Origin: a virus
DNA length: 64,000 nt
Direction: 5' to 3' (one strand)
IMG/VR virus record: IMGVR_UViG_3300027996_000014
Location: 24,209 to 88,208 of that record
Shown here piece by piece: positions 58,001 to 64,000 of this stretch. The notes under the pieces were generated by a model. That model ran no database searches. It saw only the letters and a program-made list of their open reading frames with translations, and had not been told where the DNA came from. A program made the position numbers and the translations under genes. Within the stretch, counting starts at the first letter, position 1. Each line of letters opens with the position of its first letter.

Positions 58001-59668
58001 TGGAGTAATTGTTTGCCGTGAGATAGGAAAAAATTTAATATTAGAACCTGGAATTGTTTCATTATCATTTTCATCTGAAATATCAGGAAATTTAATATCT
58101 CCTATATATTCTACAAAAGATGATTCACCTTTTTTATTATAAAAAATTATTCCAAATCTATATGTTTCTCCACGTTTATATCCTCGCATCAATCCTGAAT
58201 AAAAGGGAGAAGCTAATGAATCTAAAGCAGTGTTTGCATATGTACCATATCCATCATTTAAATCATGAGAAGTATAAGGACCTGGGTAAAGATTGGCATA
58301 TCCAGGACCATTGCTTCCATCAATAATATAAGGTTCTAAATGAAATTCATATGAAATATTTGGTCCATCTCCACCTAATGTAGTACCATTACTTTTATAC
58401 TTATATTGTTTATCTGTATGCCAAGAAGCATCCCAATGAGCATCCATATTATATCCATCTAATGGATTTGAAAGTGTAGAATTTACAGTACTTACATTAA
58501 ATGCATTATTTAATTTTTTTTCATCTATTTCAGAAGGACTTCCTGTAAGCGGAAAAGGTAAAACGCTATTTGAATTATATCGTTCAGTACGTGATTCAAA
58601 TGATTCATTTTCTCCTAAAAGAGTTTGTATATCAAATTCAGAATTTTTAATATTAGCAATAACTAAAGAATTATCAAAATTAGTAGCAGTTTTATAAGTT
58701 TTAAAAGGATACTGTTTAACTGTATATTCAAATAAATCAAGTGGTATAATACTTTCTTCATCTCCACTATGTATAAAAACTATTTCAGCTAATCCACTTA
58801 TTGCTTTAATTTCTATAGAAAAAACTTCAGTAATTCCTGTATAATTACTATGAAAAATATTAATTAATTCAATATTTTCAAAATCATTATAATCAGAAGT
58901 ATTAATTAAAATTTCATGAGCTTTGTTAGTATTAACACCTTCGTTAGTTCCATTATATTCAGGACTTCTATTAATTTCTGAATCATCAGTAGTATGAATT
59001 AAATTACTAGGAGGAGAAATTAATGTTTCTTTACCATCTGATGTAATTAAACGATATGCGTATTGATGAGTTCCTGCTAAAAGTGATCCACCAGTTAATA
59101 CTTTTTTAAGTAAAGGTTGTTGATATTTAATATTTGGAAATCCATCAATGAGTCCTATTGGTAAGGTCCATAAATTAGGATCTAATAAATTAACTGATCT
59201 AAAATAATTATTATAATCTGTCCAATATGCACGTTGAATACAATCTGATTCAAATCTACCTATTGCTTCTATAGGATGTTTTTTACTAAAATTTAATTCA
59301 TTATTTTTATATCTAAAATCTAAACTTAAAAATGATTTATCTATTTCGTCATATTCTACAGTATATATCCAACCATTTGAATCAGAGTCATCTGTTAAAA
59401 ATAATATAATCATATTTCTAATAGAAGTTGCTCCAATAATTTCTATTGTACCATTAACTGTTAAAGGTTGCCAAGTTGTTGCTTCAGTAGCTGCAGTTGG
59501 AAGATCGAAATATCTTAAATTACCTTTAACATTAGAAATTGCACCTTGAGATTGTCCTGTATCAGTAGTAATTCTAATATCTAATGCATCAATATATAAA
59601 CCTTTTCCAATTGAATCATATGCTAAATCTGAAGATAATCCTTGATATGTATTAACAGCTCTTTTCAT
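55010..59668 (-). CDS. tail stabilisation/muzzle protein
   Basis: 1552 aa; YWTDYNNYFR, YKRGETYRFGI, YGPINKI, YFQD, KRKFDKWR motifs and position typical of the crAss tail stabilisation gene. Confidence 0.8.
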   Translation of the reverse strand: MKRAVNTYQGLSSDLAYDSIGKGLYIDALDIRITTDTGQSQGAISNVKGNLRYFDLPTAATEATTWQPLTVNGTIEIIGATSIRNMIILFLTDDSDSNGWIYTVEYDEIDKSFLSLDFRYKNNELNFSKKHPIEAIGRFESDCIQRAYWTDYNNYFRSVNLLDPNLWTLPIGLIDGFPNIKYQQPLLKKVLTGGSLLAGTHQYAYRLITSDGKETLISPPSNLIHTTDDSEINRSPEYNGTNEGVNTNKAHEILINTSDYNDFENIELINIFHSNYTGITEVFSIEIKAISGLAEIVFIHSGDEESIIPLDLFEYTVKQYPFKTYKTATNFDNSLVIANIKNSEFDIQTLLGENESFESRTERYNSNSVLPFPLTGSPSEIDEKKLNNAFNVSTVNSTLSNPLDGYNMDAHWDASWHTDKQYKYKSNGTTLGGDGPNISYEFHLEPYIIDGSNGPGYANLYPGPYTSHDLNDGYGTYANTALDSLASPFYSGLMRGYKRGETYRFGIIFYNKKGESSFVEYIGDIKFPDISDENDNETIPGSNIKFFPISRQTITPNSNDRKTDAYAMGIKFNIDFSSCPILESKIESYQIVRVKRKINESRRLCTGIMKTFGKHDIESNRTNKSTDNGFNLKPNGDKENVLHLFPWTRHNDSSYILGGTSPDGPKTKAGCNGNFFTINDEYRSNPEIPNPYDPAKDATGEQKIMGSFLSMYSPDISYNFAETRNSITADSMLLITGRYRDFFSTTQTNGIDLKFGNSQTTYPGNDPVPNMNIYSDDKAWYGYSTKVTGPSGSDEERLGEIRDMRRTLRTVSQVDKESIAPGAGYNLPFQRGVEYVKQLKDFNIVDFTTNNKPNNSNEPIGFKLGPYQGFNESGNSDAPEPWHLRNFYIYLDNEYQGINDLETNNRGTNVSLPGVINYGNKAPASIAKGATGLTGSIKIPTIDPYTGIAITGLISAKNHFRSGRVLDLELPIENSNGATSIPENFVTSKLEKTLTNQPSNLINENYRNADLNSTPIMDILVPRLEVYGGYTPNALVANTFIVASPIISKENLNPTIFGGDIFITSFTFQEQAAWINQKYYDPGGLNGNSSNAFQQYRHNYSVTTAMFMESRVNVELAYGSTLKTGVEFTANGGPNGIIHEHWRQESDNSSTDFGKSSFMYFNTYNNVYSIENNDVVFFVKPLNLEIDCDINDTRAYLSNVKINSETVDSWTKFGIANFYDIDDYGPINKIINYKDNVYYFQDTAVGKYSINPRAVTSTDDGIPTELGSSKGFQDHTYISNKYGSIHQWAVVDSDTGIYYFDGIHNKIFKIGESNAPISEMKGNHSFLKNLKGDISLRKENDGDNPILRKGVHASRDLINNEIIFTFLGLKDNPLKADSLVFDEVANQFSSRYSAVPSIYVENKDIILSPDPLNPGVIYQNGTGQWGNFYNNVTETSIKLVLNDNSDINKVLRFIEFNSIVRDDNKLIDRFVTITAFKVTTEYQTTNKIDFSTGRIKRKFDKWRLKIPRDATGVMNTQRLRSTHFILTLYFDNTQNKELILNRIMYYYDEQSF

Positions 59669-59669
59669 A

Positions 59670-60473
59670 TTAGGCTAAGTTATCTTTACTTTGAGTTGTT
59701 TTACTTGGTACACTTACAGTATTACCAATAGTATTTCTAAATTTACGTTTTTCAGGTAATTGAAAATTAGCAAAGAAAGAAGCATGTGCTTGTACATCAG
59801 GAATAGTTCTAAGTATAGAATTTTTTTCTGATTCAGCTTGATCAACGTTAGAAGGAAACTTAGTATTTACTGCTTGAGCAAAATACCATTCTTTATCTCT
59901 TTCTAATATTTGAAATTTCTTATCTGTTAATGAATCTTGAAACCATCTTTTTCTACCTATTTTATATGCAAGATAATGTGCTGCTGCTTCTAACCAAGAT
60001 TGTCCTGCTGGAATTAATGGTGCTCCTTCATCATCAGTAGGAATAGCTTCAATTGCCATTGCTACAAAACCTTTATTAAAAGAAGTAAAAATAAAACCTT
60101 GACCTATTGTATAAGTTTGATTAGATTGAGTTGTATAATCTCTATCATCTCTATGATAACGATCATGAAAATTATCAGTTGTCCATCGCATAGGAACTAT
60201 TGTACCTTTACTGCATTCAGCTTCTTCTAAGGTAGTAATACCATCAAGCTTAGCTGTTTGTACAACTTTATACATATCGTGTGGTAAATCACCTCTACCG
60301 TCACAAATAGGAATATAGCATGTTTTATTTTCCATAATTAAACCAACTTTAGTATGTGCTAAAAATTCAGCTAACCATTCGATTGCTTGAGCATCATCAA
60401 TATCAAATCCCCATTCAGAGATTTGTTTATCCATAATTGCTCTGTACGATACTACATTTCCTACATAACTCAT
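59670..60473 (-). CDS. tail ring/tubular protein
   Basis: Position and motifs (GDLPHD, IPTDDEGAPLIP, WYFAQA). Confidence 0.7.
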   Translation of the reverse strand: MSYVGNVVSYRAIMDKQISEWGFDIDDAQAIEWLAEFLAHTKVGLIMENKTCYIPICDGRGDLPHDMYKVVQTAKLDGITTLEEAECSKGTIVPMRWTTDNFHDRYHRDDRDYTTQSNQTYTIGQGFIFTSFNKGFVAMAIEAIPTDDEGAPLIPAGQSWLEAAAHYLAYKIGRKRWFQDSLTDKKFQILERDKEWYFAQAVNTKFPSNVDQAESEKNSILRTIPDVQAHASFFANFQLPEKRKFRNTIGNTVSVPSKTTQSKDNLA

Positions 60474-60479
60474 AACTTA

Positions 60480-60728
60480 TTATTTCATTGTACTCTCAAG
60501 CTTTTCAGCAAGAGTTTTTTTATCTAATGGATTTGCTATACTTACTGATTTTTTAGTATCATATTCCCAATCATCACCATCTTTATAACGTTTAATGACA
60601 GTTTTAATAAATCCACCTTCTACTTCTTCTACTCTAGTTTCTACTGAACTACCGTCTTTTTCTTCAGTTCTTTCAGTAACTGTTTTTGATTTTCCTTGTT
60701 CCATAATTTCTATTAATCCGTTATCCAT
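60480..60728 (-). CDS. hypothetical protein
   Basis: ORF track; operon-packed. Confidence 0.65.
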   Translation of the reverse strand: MDNGLIEIMEQGKSKTVTERTEEKDGSSVETRVEEVEGGFIKTVIKRYKDGDDWEYDTKKSVSIANPLDKKTLAEKLESTMK

Positions 60729-61251
60729 AATAAAATATTTTTCTATTTTTATCTTTAACCGTTGTAGCTATTAATCTTGAATATTGTCTAGAAGGTTTAA
60801 ATTTATAAAACCTTTTATATTTTACAACTGCTGTTAAATTATCCCATAAATGACGATAAAATTCACCATTAGTATGTTCATTTTCGTGGTAAATAACTGT
60901 TTTATTTTGAATTTTTTTTAATTCATCTCTAGTTTTACCTTCGTATTTTTCTTCCCAGTATGCTAATGTTTTCTGCCAATCAACTTGTAAAGTTTTTGCT
61001 CTTTCTCCATTCTTAGTAAAATAATGTAGCTTTTTAGCTTGTATTCTAATTGTACCAAGTTTACCCATTTTTAATTGTAAATTTTCTTTTACAATTGCTT
61101 CACTGTATGCAATTAATAAATCTTTAGTAAAACTAGAATATTCTTTTCTTTCTATTTTATTTAATATAGTTTTTTCTCTGTAATAACTAAAAAAATTGTA
61201 TTTCTTAATACTAGCAATTGATTTACCTTTACCTCTTTTTAGTCCTTGCAT
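60721..61251 (-). CDS. IHF/HU-like protein of the crAss tail module
   Basis: LKMGKLGTIRI, VDWQKT, NEHTNG, YKFKPSR; basic. Confidence 0.7.
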   Translation of the reverse strand: MQGLKRGKGKSIASIKKYNFFSYYREKTILNKIERKEYSSFTKDLLIAYSEAIVKENLQLKMGKLGTIRIQAKKLHYFTKNGERAKTLQVDWQKTLAYWEEKYEGKTRDELKKIQNKTVIYHENEHTNGEFYRHLWDNLTAVVKYKRFYKFKPSRQYSRLIATTVKDKNRKIFYYG

Positions 61252-61255
61252 TTAT

Positions 61256-61990
61256 TTAATTTTTAGTTTGAGCTTTAGCTTGAGGAGCTTGAGAAGAACG
61301 TTGAGCATCTATTGTATCATCATTTGCATTATTATTATCATCCATTGGAATACTTTTTTTACGTAGTAATTGTTGAACAATAGTTTCTTTCATGTATGCC
61401 CACATCCATTGATTTAATGGATACGGATCATTAGGTGTCCAACATTTACTGTTATCACTACAAGTATTAAAATCTGCTAATGAAGTAGGGTCTTCAAAAA
61501 TTCCTCTAATAGTAATAGCTTTTATTAAATTAACATCAGAATTTTTACTTATGATGTAAATATAATTATCATACACAAATGCATATATTGCATTTTTAGT
61601 AGTTCTTCCTTCACCAATATAAGGAACTCTACTGTAATCAATAATATTAAAACGTTTAGCAGTTATTATTACTGGACCAATAGATGTTAAACTTTTTGAA
61701 TGATGAAATTCTATTGTATTTGGAATTTGTTTTATAGTTCGTAATATTTTACAACCTATTGGTACAGTTACGCAACAATTATTAGGATCTACTAATTCCA
61801 TTGCTAAACAAGAAATTTCTTGTTGTAATGAATAATCAATAGTTCTTAATTTATTATACTCATTACGTATACCTATAGCACGTTGTTCATTTATTAAATC
61901 AGTATAATATAATGATGAAAAGACACTATCTGAATTATTAATATTTAGAGCTTCGTCTAATTGACTATGTAAATCTATTAATGGTAGCAT
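61256..61990 (-). CDS. tail ring/structural protein
   Basis: LQQEISCL..LVD...C...ILRT...IP, IRGIFEDP, PMDDNNNAND. Confidence 0.7.
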   Translation of the reverse strand: MLPLIDLHSQLDEALNINNSDSVFSSLYYTDLINEQRAIGIRNEYNKLRTIDYSLQQEISCLAMELVDPNNCCVTVPIGCKILRTIKQIPNTIEFHHSKSLTSIGPVIITAKRFNIIDYSRVPYIGEGRTTKNAIYAFVYDNYIYIISKNSDVNLIKAITIRGIFEDPTSLADFNTCSDNSKCWTPNDPYPLNQWMWAYMKETIVQQLLRKKSIPMDDNNNANDDTIDAQRSSQAPQAKAQTKN

Positions 61991-61994
61991 TATA

Positions 61995-62002
61995 CAAATA
62001 TA
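61995..62002 (-). promoter_or_regulatory. Bacteroidota -7 promoter box, possibly giving a leaderless transcript
   Basis: TATATTTG (perfect TAnnTTTG) 4 nt upstream of ATG 61990. Confidence 0.5.
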
Positions 62003-62006
62003 TGAA

Positions 62007-62789
62007 TTATAATATATTATTTATCATTTTGTATTGTAAATAATCCATGTAAGTCTTATTATTTACTTTAAATGAACTTATGCAACTTTCTGTTCTACAT
62101 GCCATATAATGTTGAATTGTACCAGCTCTAGTTGTATAAGTTTTCTTTAATCGTCCTATACTTCCACATTCAGGACAATCAAATTTTGTTTTACCTTTTA
62201 ATACAGCATACTGCATATTAGGGTTTATATAAGGAAGTAATTTATTAAATACTGCTTCTAATGATGTAATATCTCCATCTCCATAAAAAAGCATATGTTC
62301 TAAAGCTTTTTTATCTTTTTTAAATACTACATCTTTCCAAGTATCTATTCCACCAGCATCTATTTTAGCAGGAAGTCCGTAATACTTACAAACTTCTTTT
62401 AATGAATTACTAGGAAGATTTAAATATTTTTTACAAAGTTTATAAGTATCAATTTCATTATAAGTATGACGCATTGGAATATTATGAAATAATGCTCTAG
62501 TTCTTACCCAAGGAGTATCAAATCGTTTTCCGTTATGAGTAATTATTTCATCAGCTTTATTAAACTCTTTAATTAATTTTTCAACAACTTTTTTATCACA
62601 TTGATTATTAATGCCCCAATTTATGTTATGTATTTTAGTTTGACCTTCCCATTTATAATGTCCTGAAATTATTTTAGCATAAGATGTTATTTGTTCAGGT
62701 CCTATTCTTTGATTATACCCTGGTCTCCAAAAATGACCTTTGCAAAATGATGTTTCAATATCATAAAATAATCTTTTTTTTATTAGCAT
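62007..62789 (-). CDS. DnaQ/RNase_H_2-like 3'-5' exonuclease with C-terminal Zn ribbon
   Basis: YDIET, HNGKRFD, IDT, SNSL, YGDGDI; CPECG...C...C. Confidence 0.8.
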   Translation of the reverse strand: MLIKKRLFYDIETSFCKGHFWRPGYNQRIGPEQITSYAKIISGHYKWEGQTKIHNINWGINNQCDKKVVEKLIKEFNKADEIITHNGKRFDTPWVRTRALFHNIPMRHTYNEIDTYKLCKKYLNLPSNSLKEVCKYYGLPAKIDAGGIDTWKDVVFKKDKKALEHMLFYGDGDITSLEAVFNKLLPYINPNMQYAVLKGKTKFDCPECGSIGRLKKTYTTRAGTIQHYMACRTESCISSFKVNNKTYMDYLQYKMINNIL

Positions 62790-62802
62790 ATAAAGTTTTT
62801 AA

Positions 62803-63465
62803 TTATTTAACAACTTTCCAAACAATTGTTCCACCTATTAAAGCTCCAACTGTTCCTAAAAACCAAGGACTTTCCCAAAATTTTCTATTTTTTTTAAACG
62901 TATATGATGAAATTCCATCTGTAATCATATATGGATTACTATTAGTTATAGATACTATTGATTCTTTACGTTTATACCACTTAGGACGTTTGCTAGCAAG
63001 TGTAATTCCTAATCTATTAGGAAATTGTAAAGTATTAAAAGTTAATCCTTTATTAGTAAGATTAATATCTATAAAATAATTACTATCAACTATTTGTATA
63101 GTTGTATCAAATTTACAATTAGTTAAATATACTGGTACTTCAAGAGTATCTATACGAAGTCTTTCTGTGATTATAGTGCTTGAATGTACATTTTTAATTT
63201 TTAATTTTAAATTTTCAATATACGACAACAGTGTATCCTGAACAATCTTCAAATCTTCAGGAGTCACTGCTATCGAATTGTTATATTTAACAATTGTACC
63301 GTCTTTGGCTTTATATTCTTTAGCAATATGTTTATATTTAAGAAGTGAACTAATACGTTTTTGATCTGCATTATGTTGATTACAACTTTTAATATAAAAA
63401 AATACAGTTATTAAAATAATTAATAGTAAAATAAATGTCTTATATTTTTTCCAAAGTTGTAACAT
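62803..63465 (-). CDS. membrane-anchored lysis accessory (spanin-like) protein
   Basis: N- and C-terminal hydrophobic segments; adjacent to the amidase. Confidence 0.5.
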   Translation of the reverse strand: MLQLWKKYKTFILLLIILITVFFYIKSCNQHNADQKRISSLLKYKHIAKEYKAKDGTIVKYNNSIAVTPEDLKIVQDTLLSYIENLKLKIKNVHSSTIITERLRIDTLEVPVYLTNCKFDTTIQIVDSNYFIDINLTNKGLTFNTLQFPNRLGITLASKRPKWYKRKESIVSITNSNPYMITDGISSYTFKKNRKFWESPWFLGTVGALIGGTIVWKVVK

Positions 63466-63487
63466 AAAATATTTTATTTTATTTTTA

Positions 63488-64000
63488 TTATATTATATTC
63501 TCCCGTTCTATTTGCTCAATCATTTCTAAATGGATCTTTGCAATTCGATCTCTGCCACTTTCACTTAATAAGTATTTATGACAATTATCTGAATTAGTCA
63601 TAAAGAAATTCTCACTTAATATTGCCGCCATTGACGTATTTCTAAGAACATAAAAATTAGATTCTTTTGTGCCTCTCATGTATTCTCCTTGAAACTCTGC
63701 CGTAGCTTTATTTAATAATATCTTTGCAATCTCATCTGACTTTGTTTTGCCCTCTGAGGTATAAACTGACCAACCGTTAGCGGATTCATCACTAAAGCCG
63801 TTAGCGTGTATTGAAACATAAATACAAGGTTTATCTGTGGCGTTTGCTATATTATTAGCTGAGGTTGTTCTATCTGATAAAGGTACGTCTTTTTGAGTGT
63901 CTACTAAATTGACGCATTCAATACCAAGATCGTTACATAATTTAACCAACCTATTTACAATACCTCTGTTAAATTCGCCTTCGTATAATATTTCTCCGTC
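63488..64000 (-). CDS. N-acetylmuramoyl-L-alanine amidase (Amidase_3) endolysin, 5' end outside the window
   Basis: Frame is open to base 64000 (DGEILYEGEFNR...); LSDRT..AN, YVSIHAN, FYVLRNT, AILSENFFM. Confidence 0.9.
   Translation of the reverse strand, partial: DGEILYEGEFNRGIVNRLVKLCNDLGIECVNLVDTQKDVPLSDRTTSANNIANATDKPCIYVSIHANGFSDESANGWSVYTSEGKTKSDEIAKILLNKATAEFQGEYMRGTKESNFYVLRNTSMAAILSENFFMTNSDNCHKYLLSESGRDRIAKIHLEMIEQIERENII

Noticed and set aside
4502-63079. Short antisense or alternative-frame ORFs in the track (e.g. 4502-4714, 6465-6707, 12348-12533, 14436-14756, 28209-28439, 50930-51184, 62684-63079)
   Set aside because: They lie inside or opposite well-supported genes or structured regions and have shadow-ORF composition
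1-64000. tRNA/tmRNA genes and theta ribozymes
   Set aside because: I saw no cloverleaf with a GTTCRA T-loop in the non-coding gaps; a tRNAscan-SE/ARAGORN run would be needed to exclude them fully
26924-64000. Stop-codon reassignment, as in some crAss-like phages
   Set aside because: Giant ORFs up to 4866 aa are intact in code 11, and TAG and TGA act as real stops elsewhere in the window
1-64000. Diversity-generating retroelement or retron explaining the ncRNA-like regions
   Set aside because: No reverse transcriptase (YxDD) ORF is visible, and the 76-nt repeat pair includes non-adenine differences and lacks DGR context

Overview
AT-rich (Bacteroidota-type) 64-kb segment of a crAss-like phage (Crassvirales-type podovirus; layout resembles environmental Flavobacteriia phages such as phi14:2), read in the standard genetic code. 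The + strand (1-26.9 kb) has an early accessory region and then a replication module. The accessory region holds small secreted and membrane proteins, several clusters of stem-closed structured non-coding modules, and a 2.6-kb array of mini-genes joined by two families of conserved junction repeats. The replication module has family-B DNA polymerase, GroES, ATP-dependent ligase, SF2 helicase, DnaB helicase, AAA ATPase, putative SSB, primase, a VWA-metallopeptidase/MoxR pair, RusA-like resolvase, PD-(D/E)xK exonuclease and a UDG-like protein. After a bidirectional terminator at ~26.9 kb, the - strand carries the virion module: amidase, spanin-like protein, exonuclease, ring/IHF/muzzle tail proteins and four giant cargo proteins. 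One cargo protein is a 4866-aa virion RNA polymerase polyprotein with zincin, SLOG-like, macro-like and Dda/RecD-like helicase domains. The most striking unexplained theme is cassette-like modularity delimited by short DNA-level conserved junctions, both between early mini-genes and between domains inside the injected proteins. Several ornate candidate ncRNAs are also unexplained. All family assignments come from motif recognition by eye, not database searches.
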